A DNA stretch of 60,304 nt from Myxococcota bacterium (lineage in GTDB: Bacteria > Myxococcota_A > UBA796 > GCA-2862545): the NCBI GenBank assembly GCA_039208735.1, contig JBCCQY010000048.1, positions 1-60,304 on the forward strand. The letters run 5' to 3'. Positions 19,100-28,865 of the stretch are shown here, piece after piece. Numbering within the stretch: the stretch's first letter is position 1; each line of letters starts with the position of its first letter. Under the pieces are notes generated by a model, which did not search any database, was not told the origin of the DNA, and was given only the letters and a program-made list of their open reading frames with translations. Position numbers and translations under genes: made by a program.

Positions 19100-20356
19100 C
19101 TACCGCTTGAGGTCGGGGTCGGTCCAGGCGGTGAGAACAAAGTTGTCCGAGGCATCGGAAGGAACGAGCGTGATGTCGAACGGCGCCAAGCGGCCGGCCA
19201 TCGTCGTGCGGAACCCGCGGGGCGTGGTCACGTCGCCCGCAATGAGGCGTGATTCCCCAAACACAAAGTTTCGGTTCGGGTCTTCGAAAATCACGGCGGG
19301 AACCGCTGGGGGGGTGACTTTCGACTGATCAGGGGGGCCGATGAGGTCCCAGCGGCCTGGTGGTTCGTCGTACTCGGTGGTCTCAATCCACAGTCGGACG
19401 TGGAGGGCCAAGGGCTGGGCCACCTCCTGAAGATCGAGGGTGGTCGTCCAGGTCGCACGGTCAAAGCGACCGTCGATGGCGGGCTTGAGTTGGTTGAAGT
19501 CGAACCGTTGGGCGTCGGGCGGTGGCGTGGACCGCACGATGTGAACCAACTTTTGGGCTGACCGATCATCGCGCAGCTCAATCTCGAAGGACTCGGCAAA
19601 TCCAATGGGGGCGATCGGGATCTGCTTGCCTTCCGCCACAGGAACGGTCGCGGTTTGGAACCACTGGCCCGCGTGATGGACCCGATGGGTGAGCCGAGCG
19701 GCGTCTGTGGGATGGGGGGTGCCCCTCGACTCGAAGCGGTACGCACGCAGCGACGTTTGCCAGGGTCCAAGCGGAAGGGTGGCGGCGTCGCGCGGCACAT
19801 CTGGGGCAAACGAGGTGGCCAACAGGTGGCCCGACGCATCAAAGGCAAAGCCCAGCAAATCGACCGTGTCGGCCAATGGGCAGTCGTCAGGGGCAAAGAC
19901 GGCGGCCGAAGTGGTGTCGGGAAGAATGGGGGAGCGCCGACCACAGCCCAGTGACACCGCGTGGCTGGTGGCTTGGGGCCACAGCATGTCGGTACGCACC
20001 ATCAGCCATTGCCCAGCGGAGCCGATCGAGGGCTCGTGAAACTGCACCACATCACCGGGCGCGATGTCGAGGACGGTGATGACATCGGGCTCATCGATGA
20101 GGCTGACGGACGAGCCGGAAGCCACGAATGCCCCTGCGATGCCGTGTTGGTTGGTCTGAACCACGGGCCCGCGGGAGCCATCGGCGGCGTTGAATGCAAC
20201 CAGCATGTTGGGAAGGGGCTCTCCACCGCGCCGAACAGAGACGGTGACGGGGGACGGAACATTGGGTTCCTGCTGGGCATCTGTCGCGCTCGCGTGGTCC
20301 ATGGGCTCGGGCAGACAAGCGGTCCACGTCAGTCCGAGCCACCTCATTGCGAACAT
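19100..20356 (-). CDS. Hypothetical lipoprotein, beta-rich
   Basis: MFAMRWLGLTWTA-C signal. The long ORF fills the space between neighbouring genes. Confidence 0.65.
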   Translation of the reverse strand: MFAMRWLGLTWTACLPEPMDHASATDAQQEPNVPSPVTVSVRRGGEPLPNMLVAFNAADGSRGPVVQTNQHGIAGAFVASGSSVSLIDEPDVITVLDIAPGDVVQFHEPSIGSAGQWLMVRTDMLWPQATSHAVSLGCGRRSPILPDTTSAAVFAPDDCPLADTVDLLGFAFDASGHLLATSFAPDVPRDAATLPLGPWQTSLRAYRFESRGTPHPTDAARLTHRVHHAGQWFQTATVPVAEGKQIPIAPIGFAESFEIELRDDRSAQKLVHIVRSTPPPDAQRFDFNQLKPAIDGRFDRATWTTTLDLQEVAQPLALHVRLWIETTEYDEPPGRWDLIGPPDQSKVTPPAVPAVIFEDPNRNFVFGESRLIAGDVTTPRGFRTTMAGRLAPFDITLVPSDASDNFVLTAWTDPDLKR

Positions 20357-20397
20357 GCGCCCCCCGGCATGTCCTGTACCCTCGCAAACTCCGTCGG

Positions 20398-21090
20398 TCA
20401 GGAGTACCGGTCGTTGCGCCAGGGATGGGCCGTGTTGGAGTACCCGTTTTGCTCCCAGAACCCCTTTTGGTCTTCGACCAGGAATTCGATCTTCGAGATC
20501 CACTTGGCGCCTTTCCACGCATACAGTTGTGGGGTGATCATGCGGACTGGACCACCGTGGGCGCGCGGCAGGGGTTCGTTGAATACGGTGTGCACGAGCA
20601 GCACGTCTGGCTTGAGGGCCTCTGTCAGGGCGAGGTTGGTCGTGTAGCCATCATAGGCGTGGCACAACACGTGTTCGGCGTCATCGTGCACCCCCGCAAG
20701 CGCAGCGAGATCGGAAAAGCGGACGCCTCGCCAAGGTACGTCGAGTTTCGACCATGTGGTGACACAGTGAACGTCGCTGACGTCGTCGATTTGGGGCAGG
20801 GACTGAAACGCCGACCAGTCGAGGGTCTGAGGATGTTCGCAGGCGCCGCTTAGTTCGAGTTGCCATTTGGGAAGGGGAATGCTGGGCTGGCGGCCTAGAT
20901 CCAGCACAGGCCACTTCTCTGTGACCGTCTGCCCGATAGGGACCTGGGGCATGCCATGCCGATTCGGCGGGCCTTCGCCGAGCGGACGATCGTCGGCCAC
21001 CGCAGGGGTGCTCGCCATGCGGTCCTCGAAGCGAGCCTTGAGTTTCATTCGCGCAGCAACGATCCGCGCTTCCTGGTCGTGAGGGTTCAT
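20398..21090 (-). CDS. Sulfite-oxidase-family molybdopterin oxidoreductase (YuiH-like)
   Basis: VHCVTTWS (Mo-Cys), DGYTTNL, HGGPVR, YAWKGAKW and GFWEQNGYS. Confidence 0.9.
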   Translation of the reverse strand: MNPHDQEARIVAARMKLKARFEDRMASTPAVADDRPLGEGPPNRHGMPQVPIGQTVTEKWPVLDLGRQPSIPLPKWQLELSGACEHPQTLDWSAFQSLPQIDDVSDVHCVTTWSKLDVPWRGVRFSDLAALAGVHDDAEHVLCHAYDGYTTNLALTEALKPDVLLVHTVFNEPLPRAHGGPVRMITPQLYAWKGAKWISKIEFLVEDQKGFWEQNGYSNTAHPWRNDRYS

Positions 21091-21192
21091 GCGCTCTCCG
21101 TGTGTTCAAGACACGATCGATGTCGCGGTAGTCTCGCACCCGTTGCATCGAAACGCGCAAGCCGGCAGGATGCCCCAACTGGAGGTGTGTGC

Positions 21193-21645
21193 ATGTTGCT
21201 TTCACTCGTCATGGGGGCCGCGCTTGCGGGCCCGGTGCGCCACATGATCCACGTAGATGTGTCAGTGGCCGTTCCGACCACCGTTGTGGCCCCCGATCTC
21301 GAAGCGCCCGAGGCGCCCGTCGCTGGACCGTTGGACGGAGTTCGGGTGACTCGATTCGTTCCGACGGAAGGGGATGTCCCGCTCGCGTGCAGCTCGCAAG
21401 CCGACGGTACGGGGGAGTTCCTGGAGTCGCATGCGACCCATCGGGCCCGTCTGTTCCTGCGCAACGGAGCCCTTTGGCTTGAACAACAACCCACCATGGT
21501 CCCCGAAGACGTTGCTGCCTATCCGCCGCTGACGTGTGCCTTTGACTCCAAAGGCAAGCACATCGAGTGGAAAGTCGTGTGGACCGCGATGGAGCCTCCG
21601 CCCGAGCCCGAAGCAACCGAGACCGAAGAGCCTGCGAAGCCCTGA
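21193..21645 (+). CDS. Secreted hypothetical protein
   Basis: GGAGG RBS at 21181 and signal MLLSLVMGAALA. Confidence 0.65.
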   Translation: MLLSLVMGAALAGPVRHMIHVDVSVAVPTTVVAPDLEAPEAPVAGPLDGVRVTRFVPTEGDVPLACSSQADGTGEFLESHATHRARLFLRNGALWLEQQPTMVPEDVAAYPPLTCAFDSKGKHIEWKVVWTAMEPPPEPEATETEEPAKP

Positions 21646-21670
21646 CCCCCGGGCTGATTACTCGGGGTCA
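21643..21670. terminator. Possible bidirectional hairpin between convergent genes
   Basis: TGACCCC...GGGGTCA inverted repeat spans both stop codons. There is no U-tract. Confidence 0.3.
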
Positions 21671-22677
21671 CAGCCGTCGGGAATGCCGTCGCCGTCGGTG
21701 TCGATGAGATCGTCTTCACCGGCGCACGCATCGCAGGCGTCAGGGACCGTATCGAGGTCGGCATCGTACTGGTCGTCGAAGCCTTCGCAGGCGTCACAAC
21801 CGTCTGGAACGAGGTCGGCGTCGGAATCGAGGGCGTCGTCGCTGCCCTCACAGATGTCGCAGCCATTCGGTACGGAATCGCCGTCTTCGTCGAGGAAGTC
21901 GCTCGCATCGGGGCAGATGTCACAGCCGTCGGGAATCCCGTCGAAGTCGGTGTCGATGTTGTCGGGCCCAAGGGGGCACAGGTCGCAGTCGTCGGGCACG
22001 CTGTCTTCATCGGTATCGACCAGGTCGTCGCCGAAGGGACAGAGGTCGCAAGGGTCAGCGACGCCGTCGTAATCGTAGTCGAGCGCATCATCGACAAACG
22101 GACAGAAGTCGCATTCGTCCGGCACGCCGTCGAAGTCTGAATCGACACGGTCGTCAAAGCCCTCGCAGCGGTCACACCCATCGGGCACGAGGTCACCGTC
22201 CGTGTCGTCTGTGATGCCGTCTTCACAGATTCCCGAGCCTCGGAAGACCACGACTTCGACAGGTAGAACCGCATCGTCGCTCACGATGAACATTCGAGAT
22301 GCCTGATCGACGTAAAGGGTCGGCTCGTACACCACGCCAAACGAGCGGGACTCCTTAGCGCGCAGGGTGAACGCGGGGCCGACCGGGGCGCTGAGTTCGA
22401 ACGGCGGTGCCTCTTGGTCTGACTCAAGGCCCAGGATGGTGATGGGGGAAAGGCAGGTGTTTCGTACCAAGAACGAGGCCACGGCGGGCTCGACGGCCCC
22501 CACCACCTGGGGGCCGAAATCCACTACGGTGGGTTCGATGACAATGCACGGGTCAGGCAGATCCGGCACGGTCACCGTGCCCTCCGTTCCGGGAGGAGGC
22601 ACGAAGCCCGCATTATTGCAGGCACCAAGGAGGGCGAACAAGGCAAGTGGGCGCAGCGGCACGAGAAGGCTCCCCAT
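21658..22677 (-). CDS. Lipoprotein with an Ig-like (choice-of-anchor D-like) domain and thrombospondin type 3 Ca-binding repeats
   Basis: Lipobox LLGA-C, IEPTVVDFG...VRN, then about 9 DxDxDxxPDxCDxC repeats. Confidence 0.82.
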   Translation of the reverse strand: MGSLLVPLRPLALFALLGACNNAGFVPPPGTEGTVTVPDLPDPCIVIEPTVVDFGPQVVGAVEPAVASFLVRNTCLSPITILGLESDQEAPPFELSAPVGPAFTLRAKESRSFGVVYEPTLYVDQASRMFIVSDDAVLPVEVVVFRGSGICEDGITDDTDGDLVPDGCDRCEGFDDRVDSDFDGVPDECDFCPFVDDALDYDYDGVADPCDLCPFGDDLVDTDEDSVPDDCDLCPLGPDNIDTDFDGIPDGCDICPDASDFLDEDGDSVPNGCDICEGSDDALDSDADLVPDGCDACEGFDDQYDADLDTVPDACDACAGEDDLIDTDGDGIPDGCDPE

Positions 22678-22768
22678 TTCGGGGTCACCATACCAGCGGT
22701 GACCCGGAGTTGCGGCGGGTTTTGTGATGCGCGGCCGGTGGGGTCGTGGCCACGTGATAAATGGCGGC

Positions 22769-23500
22769 ATGTCGGAATCCGTGCCCCTGGACTGGGTTGT
22801 GGACGTTGATGTCGACGCCCAAAGTGACTTGCACCAGGTTGTAAGGGCGTACCTCGCCAAACGACCGCCCGATCAGCGTCCTGTGCACCGTGCGGTCTAC
22901 GGGGCGTTGGGCATGCTGTTAGGTCGTTCGGTCTCGCTGTCGGGCGTGGTTGCGGGCGACCAGCAGGGACCGGTCGAAGTCAATGTGCAACTCCCCTCGG
23001 GGATTCGCCGGGCCTTGCGGCTGGTCATCGCGGCCGTGCCGTCGCGGTGGCGTTGGCGCAGCGACGGAGCGGGGCTGGTGGGTCGAGCCCCCCGTCAAGG
23101 CCGTCTCGTGGGGCCCGAGATGGCGCCGGTTGACCGTCAGGTGTCGTGGACGTTCGCGGTCGACGAGGCGGTGCATGAGGTGCCGATCCAAGGCCTTCCC
23201 CAACCCGTCCAGGCGCTTCGACACGGTGAGATCCACCTGCGCGAGGTGTCGCTGGCCGGGGCTGAGGTACGGTGGCGGCTGCGATTCGACGACGACGCCG
23301 CGGCGGCCTCGGCTCGGCGGCACATCGAGGCCATGCTCGAACGGGTTGCTCAAGCCCATGGGGCACATGGCCTTCGGTACGATGGCAGCTGGTCGCTCGA
23401 AGGGGCCTGTGTGAGCGGCGTCTACCACGCGCGGGCGGAGGCTGGATGGCCAGCCGCCATTGCGGGCATCGCAGAACGAGACTCGCGTAACGCTCGGTAG
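22769..23500 (+). CDS. Hypothetical protein
   Basis: ORF fills the gap with plausible codon bias. No motif recognised and the start is uncertain. Confidence 0.5.
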   Translation: MSESVPLDWVVDVDVDAQSDLHQVVRAYLAKRPPDQRPVHRAVYGALGMLLGRSVSLSGVVAGDQQGPVEVNVQLPSGIRRALRLVIAAVPSRWRWRSDGAGLVGRAPRQGRLVGPEMAPVDRQVSWTFAVDEAVHEVPIQGLPQPVQALRHGEIHLREVSLAGAEVRWRLRFDDDAAAASARRHIEAMLERVAQAHGAHGLRYDGSWSLEGACVSGVYHARAEAGWPAAIAGIAERDSRNAR

Positions 23501-23529
23501 TGCAACGAGACGTCCCGAGGGGAGGCGTC

Positions 23530-23607
23530 ATGGTGCGTTGGCTCTTCGTGGTGGGGTGGGTTGGGCTGGTCGGATGCATCGACATTGCCCACGTTCGGAC
23601 GCCTTGA
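23530..23607 (+). CDS. Putative 25-aa micro-lipoprotein or gene remnant (MVRWLFVVGWVGLVGCIDIAHVRTP)
   Basis: Strong GAGGGGAGG RBS and ATG at 23530, with lipobox LVG-C. It is below the ORF-track size cutoff. Confidence 0.45.
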   Translation: MVRWLFVVGWVGLVGCIDIAHVRTP

Positions 23608-23608
23608 G

Positions 23609-24211
23609 TTACCGGCCCGCGTGGGCCGGGTCGTTGCTGAAGACCCAGTGCAAGTCTTCGTCCTCGAGGAGCGAGGCCGGCGCGACGACCGGCTCGGAGC
23701 GGTTGAGGGACCGGCCCACCCGCTGGCGGATCAGCGCCTGGACAGGCTCCGGCTCGAGGTCGAAGGTCGACAGAGGGACAAGAGCGCCAAGCTGGAGGTC
23801 CGCCGCCTGATCATAGGCCTTGTAGACGAGTTCCGAGCAGTAGATTCGGTCGTCTGACCAGGCGAAGAGCAGATCGTAGGACCGCCCGAGGTACGCCTCG
23901 GCCGCGGCGCGCACCTTGGTGGCGTCGAACGGCGCCTTGGGACGGAGAACGACGATGTGTTGATCGCGTCCTCGCCGCACCCAGTCGGCAAGCGCCGTCC
24001 ACCGGACGGGCTGCACCGCTTCGAGAACCTGCCACGTGCCCTGACGGCGAAACACCAGGCCGGTATGCGTGTAGGGACTGTGCGTGGCTGCGGCGAGGGC
24101 GGCCGACTGCGTCGAACGCGACTTGTGCACAACGATGTCGCCCTCACGGAGCATGGCGGGGTCAGGCGGGGCGGCGCTGGCCGCAGCGGAAAGGAAGAAT
24201 GCGAGCATCAT
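23609..24211 (-). CDS. Permuted papain-like NlpC/P60 enzyme (YiiX/YebB family)
   Basis: LREGDIV, SPYTHTGLV, VLEAVQPV, YDLLF and IYCSELVYKAY (His precedes Cys). Confidence 0.9.
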   Translation of the reverse strand: MMLAFFLSAAASAAPPDPAMLREGDIVVHKSRSTQSAALAAATHSPYTHTGLVFRRQGTWQVLEAVQPVRWTALADWVRRGRDQHIVVLRPKAPFDATKVRAAAEAYLGRSYDLLFAWSDDRIYCSELVYKAYDQAADLQLGALVPLSTFDLEPEPVQALIRQRVGRSLNRSEPVVAPASLLEDEDLHWVFSNDPAHAGR

Positions 24212-24927
24212 GTTTCGGCTTTACCGCGTTGGCGTTGGTACGCCTTGACGCGAGGCCCAAACCCCACTTGCACGAGCCGAGCTCCCGGGCTCTTCGGATG
24301 AGCGGAGGTTTCGTTTTTCAATCGGCCCACGATGTGTCCCGCGAATTTCGAACTCACAGGCCACTGGGCCTCGATGCGCCGCCGAGTTTCGGGATGAACG
24401 AACTCGGCGTCGAGGCCGACCAGGTCGCATCCCGAGCCCGTCTGCACGAGCCGCATCTCGGCCGGCCCCATCGCGGCTTGGAGCGAGGTGTGCATCGCGA
24501 TGGCTTCATGGACGAGATCTGCACGCACGGTGTCGGGCAAGCAGGTCGCGTGCGCCGCATCCGCACCCCGAAGTTCGAACGGTTCAGGTCCTGCGAAGCG
24601 ATCCGTCAGGCCAAGGTCGTGAAGCAGGCACGCTACGTAGAGGGCCTCTGGGTCCGGCTTGAGATCGAGTTGCGTGGCCACTGCCTTGGCGAAGGCCCAG
24701 GTGCGCTCTCCATGCCCAAGCAGGTGATCGTCATAGGCCTCACGAGCCAGGCTGTGAGCCCGTTTGCATAGCTCTGAATCCGGAGGCGCCCACGTGTCCG
24801 CCCGCAGGGGACTCGCTCGGCCGATGCCCAACGTTTGTCCAGCCTGTCGCAGCCATTGCCGAAGTTGAAGAACGCCGAAACCCGCGGCGACGCCCGCCAG
24901 CGAGCAAGGGGGGAGAGTGGTTCGCAT
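24208..24927 (-). CDS. HD-domain protein (cyanamide hydratase-like HD family)
   Basis: GHGERT, LLHDLGL, FELRGA and EAIAMHT. ATGA overlap with the downstream gene. Confidence 0.82.
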   Translation of the reverse strand: MRTTLPPCSLAGVAAGFGVLQLRQWLRQAGQTLGIGRASPLRADTWAPPDSELCKRAHSLAREAYDDHLLGHGERTWAFAKAVATQLDLKPDPEALYVACLLHDLGLTDRFAGPEPFELRGADAAHATCLPDTVRADLVHEAIAMHTSLQAAMGPAEMRLVQTGSGCDLVGLDAEFVHPETRRRIEAQWPVSSKFAGHIVGRLKNETSAHPKSPGARLVQVGFGPRVKAYQRQRGKAET

Positions 24928-24987
24928 GGTCAAACCATGGCTCAAGGCTAAGATGGCGGCTAGGACCCTAAACCCACAGATTCTGCC

Positions 24988-25962
24988 ATGCGACGCATCA
25001 CCGTCTGGATTCGACCCCACGTTCAACTGCTCGATGTCACCGGCCCCATCGAGGTCTGGTCCACCGCGTCGCAGGTCCTCGAAGGCCGTGGCCGTAGGCC
25101 CGGGTACGAGGTGCGCACGGTGGCGCCAGGGGGCGGTGCCGTGCGCACCTCAGCGGGTCTGACGCTTATGCCGGACGGGGGTAGCGAGGGAAGAGTCGCC
25201 ACTGCGAGGGAGGCCGACACCCTGGTGGTGCCAGGGTCCTTTGGCGACCCCATGACGCCCTGTGAGCCGGCGCTCCTAAGGGTCCTCGAGCGCTGGCCGG
25301 GCCGGGTTGCGTCGGTCTGTGCCGGCGCCTTCCGGCTGGCGCAGGCGGGCCGACTGTCAGGCCGCCGCGCCACCACGCACTGGCTGTTCACCGAGCGTCT
25401 CGGCCAGGAGTTCCCCGACATCGATGTGGAGCCTGATGCGTTGTGGGTTCGCGATGGCGATGCCTGGACGAGTGCGGGGGTCAGTGCAGGCATCGATTTG
25501 GCGCTTGCGATGGTCGAAGCCGATCATGGACGGGCGATCGCCATCGAGGTGGCGCGTCTGCTCGTGCTCCACATGAAGCGACCCGGAGGGCAGTCGCAGT
25601 TCAGCGCCGTCCTCGCCGCGCAGAAGGCCGAACAAGCACCGTTGCGCGAACTGTTGGTGTGGATGCACGATCATCCCCACGAAGACCTTCGCGTACCCGT
25701 TTTGGCGAGGCGCGTGGCCATGAGTCCACGACACTTTGCGCGGGTGTTCACGCGGGAAACAGGCAGTACGCCGGCTGCGGTGGTGCGTCGACTTCGCCTG
25801 GCGGCGGCCCGGCGCATGCTCGAAGAAGACGGTCGCGCCAGCCTCGCCCAGGTGGCGGAGCGCAGCGGTCACGGCACGCTCGAATCGTTGCGTAGGGCCT
25901 TTGTACGTCATCTCGGGGTTGCGCCTGGGGCCTACCGCGACCGGTTCGCCACCGCGACGTGA
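24988..25962 (+). CDS. GlxA-family transcriptional regulator (DJ-1/PfpI + AraC)
   Basis: SVCAGAF, ATTHW, TSAGVSAGIDLAL, RPGGQSQFS and an AraC HTH. Confidence 0.93.
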   Translation: MRRITVWIRPHVQLLDVTGPIEVWSTASQVLEGRGRRPGYEVRTVAPGGGAVRTSAGLTLMPDGGSEGRVATAREADTLVVPGSFGDPMTPCEPALLRVLERWPGRVASVCAGAFRLAQAGRLSGRRATTHWLFTERLGQEFPDIDVEPDALWVRDGDAWTSAGVSAGIDLALAMVEADHGRAIAIEVARLLVLHMKRPGGQSQFSAVLAAQKAEQAPLRELLVWMHDHPHEDLRVPVLARRVAMSPRHFARVFTRETGSTPAAVVRRLRLAAARRMLEEDGRASLAQVAERSGHGTLESLRRAFVRHLGVAPGAYRDRFATAT

Positions 25963-26022
25963 GCGCGCGTGCCGCGAGCTGCCACATGCCTTATCGGACT
26001 CCGTTCATCTGGAGACGATGGC

Positions 26023-27936
26023 TTGTTGCTTGTCGCATCACTCCTGCTTGGGTGTTCGCCCGACCCCTACCCCGGGGAAGTCGGTGACATCCTGCATATC
26101 AGCCTTCGTTCGCTGCCGAAGACCATGGACCCACCCAGAGTGGAAGACCAGGCCAGTGGCAAACTGACGGCGAACATCTTCGAGGGGTTGGTGAGTTACC
26201 ACCCCTACGCCCGACCTTACCAGGTGCAACCGGCCATCGCGGCGAGCTTGCCGGAAGTCTCGGAAGACGGCCTCACCTACACGTTTCACTTGCGAGAAGA
26301 CGTGACGTTCCACGACGATCCTTGCTTTCCCGATGGGGAAGGCCGTCAGGTCGTCGCTTCGGACTTCGTCTACGCCATGAAGCGCTTTGCCCACCCGCGA
26401 ACGAACACCAAGAGCCTGTGGATGTTTCGCGATGCGCTGGTCGGGTTTGGCGCCTTTCGGAAGGGGACTCAGGCGGCCATTGAGGCGGAACACGAGGCGG
26501 GATTGCCCCCTACTCCGCTCCCCGGGCTCGACGAGGTGCCGCTCCCGGGCATCGAGGCGGTTGACAACCACACCCTCCGCTTGCACCTCACGCGCCCGTA
26601 TCCCCAGCTCATGTGGGTTCTTGCGATGCCTGCGGCCTCGGTGTACCCGCGTGAATGCGTGGCACACTACGGCGACGATTGGCGGAATCATCCTGTCGGG
26701 ACCGGCCCCTTCCGGATTACCGAGTATAACCCCGTCTACCGAGCGGTTTACGCCCGCAACGAAGACTACCGGGACGTCAGGGTGCCCGATCCGCGAAATC
26801 GCCCGGAGGACCGGTACCCGGACTGGGAGACCGACGAGGCCGCAGGGCGCTTGGCTCGGGCCGGTGAGCGCATTCCGTTTGTCGATGGCGTCGAGATACG
26901 GTTCATCCAGGAAGATCAGCCTCGCTGGCTCTATTTCAAGAACGGCCATACCGACTTTGTCAATCCCCCCAAAGACAACACGGCCGAGGCCTTGCCCAAG
27001 GGCGAGTTGTCGCCTGAACTCATCGACCGGGGAGTCACCGTTCAGCCTTGGGTCGAGCTGGGGACGGTGTACACCTGCCTCAACACCAAAGATGAGCGGA
27101 TGTCGAACGTCGATCTTCGGCGGGCGATGGCGCTTGCGTTCGACCACAAATGGACCGTCGACAACATGTACGCCGGCATGGCGGTGGTCGCGCATACCCC
27201 GGTGCCCCCAGGCGTCGCAGGTCACGTCGACTACCGACCGTACCACACCCAGGATGGGGCGTCCCAGATCGAGCGGGCCAAGGAGCTTCTTGCCAAGGCT
27301 GGCTACCCCGATGGCCTGGACCCGAAAACGGGCGACCGACTGCATCTGACCTTTCAGGGCTCTGGAACCTCGGTGACCAGTCGACAATTTGCGGCCCGAT
27401 TCGTCGATGAGATGCGTCGCATCGGCATCGAGGTCGACGTGGTGGTGAACACCTTCCCACAGCTCCTCGACAAGATGCGAAACCGGGAGTTCCAGGTCGC
27501 TTCACTGTCCTGGGGCTTCGACTATCCCGATGCCCAAAACATCCTGCAGTTGCTTTACGGCCCGAATGCGGCTCCGGGGATTGGTTCGGCGAGTTTCGAG
27601 AACGCCGAGTTCGATGCACTCTACGATCAAGCCGTGCTCCTGCCGGATTCACCCGAGCGCACCGCGATCTACGAACAGATGGCGCGTATCGTGTCCGACG
27701 AAGTGCCCTGGATCACTCGAGCCCACCGGATTCGACCCCATCTCAGCCATCGATGGCTCCACGGCTACAAGTACACCGAAGTCAACGACCAGCACATTCG
27801 CTACGTCTGGGTCGACGATGAACTGCGCGACGCCAGTGTGGCGGAATGGAACCGCCCCGTGCGGTGGCCCTGCGTTTTGTTTTCGTTCGTCCTCGTAGGG
27901 CTGGTTGCCGGCACGTTGGTGCGGAGGCCTCAGTGA
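26023..27936 (+). CDS. Peptide/nickel ABC transporter substrate-binding lipoprotein (family 5) with a C-terminal TM helix
   Basis: Lipobox LLLG-C, DGLTYTFHLREDVTFHDD, PVGTGPF and WGFDYPD. The TTG start is approximate. Confidence 0.9.
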   Translation: MLLVASLLLGCSPDPYPGEVGDILHISLRSLPKTMDPPRVEDQASGKLTANIFEGLVSYHPYARPYQVQPAIAASLPEVSEDGLTYTFHLREDVTFHDDPCFPDGEGRQVVASDFVYAMKRFAHPRTNTKSLWMFRDALVGFGAFRKGTQAAIEAEHEAGLPPTPLPGLDEVPLPGIEAVDNHTLRLHLTRPYPQLMWVLAMPAASVYPRECVAHYGDDWRNHPVGTGPFRITEYNPVYRAVYARNEDYRDVRVPDPRNRPEDRYPDWETDEAAGRLARAGERIPFVDGVEIRFIQEDQPRWLYFKNGHTDFVNPPKDNTAEALPKGELSPELIDRGVTVQPWVELGTVYTCLNTKDERMSNVDLRRAMALAFDHKWTVDNMYAGMAVVAHTPVPPGVAGHVDYRPYHTQDGASQIERAKELLAKAGYPDGLDPKTGDRLHLTFQGSGTSVTSRQFAARFVDEMRRIGIEVDVVVNTFPQLLDKMRNREFQVASLSWGFDYPDAQNILQLLYGPNAAPGIGSASFENAEFDALYDQAVLLPDSPERTAIYEQMARIVSDEVPWITRAHRIRPHLSHRWLHGYKYTEVNDQHIRYVWVDDELRDASVAEWNRPVRWPCVLFSFVLVGLVAGTLVRRPQ

Positions 27937-28865
27937 TTCGCTTCCTGATCCGACGCGTGGCGTACGCCATTCCCGTCTTGCTTGGGGTGGCTCTGATCAC
28001 CCTGTTTCTCTTCAATGTGGCGGGCGGGGATCCGGTCGCCATGAAGCTGGGCAAGAATCCCGACCCCACCCAATTGGCGTTGCTCCGCGAGGAACTCGGA
28101 CTCAACAAGAGCTTCGTGATGCAGTACGTTGACTTCGTCTGGCAGACGCTGACGTTTGACTATGGTCGTTCCTGGGCCGACGACACGCCGGTTCGCGAAG
28201 TGTTCTGGCGTGGTCTGGGGCCCACGTTGTCGGTTTCGCTTCCTGCGTTCGTGCTCGGGGCACTGCTCGCGATCGGGATTTCGCTTGTGGTTGCGTTGTA
28301 TCGAGGGTCCATTCTCGATCGTACGGTCACCGCACTCGCGGTGGCGGGTATCTCGATCAGTTCGTTGGTCTACATCTTGATCGGCCAGTGGCTGCTCGCG
28401 GACCAATGGAAGTGGTTTCCGGTGTGGGGCTACAGCTACGGACCTGGGGCGGTCGTCTTCGTGGCGTTGCCGGTGCTCATCTGGGTGAGCCTTTCGGTGG
28501 GCACCGACGTCCGGTATTTCCGTACCGTCGTCCTCGAAGAGATCGGTCGGGACTACGTTCGCACCGCACGAGCGAAGGGTCTGCGAGATGGCAACGTGAT
28601 GGTCCGGCACGTGCTGCCGAACAGCCTGATTCCCATCATCACGCGGCTCACCATCGGCTTGCCCTTTTTGTTCACGGGAAGCTTTCTGCTTGAAATCTTC
28701 TTCGGAATTCCAGGTCTGGGAAGCACCTTGTACACCGCCATCACCAACTCGGATCTGCCCGTTGTCAAGGCGTTTACGATGCTCGGGTCGGTGCTCTACG
28801 TTTTCTTCAACATCGTGGCCGACGTGCTGTACGCCTGGGTCGACCCAAGGATCCGTTTCGAATGA
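27933..28865 (+). CDS. ABC permease, OppB/DppB-like
   Basis: GTGA overlap. FLIRR, DYVRTARAKGL, HVLPN and DPRIR. Confidence 0.93.
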   Translation: MIRFLIRRVAYAIPVLLGVALITLFLFNVAGGDPVAMKLGKNPDPTQLALLREELGLNKSFVMQYVDFVWQTLTFDYGRSWADDTPVREVFWRGLGPTLSVSLPAFVLGALLAIGISLVVALYRGSILDRTVTALAVAGISISSLVYILIGQWLLADQWKWFPVWGYSYGPGAVVFVALPVLIWVSLSVGTDVRYFRTVVLEEIGRDYVRTARAKGLRDGNVMVRHVLPNSLIPIITRLTIGLPFLFTGSFLLEIFFGIPGLGSTLYTAITNSDLPVVKAFTMLGSVLYVFFNIVADVLYAWVDPRIRFE

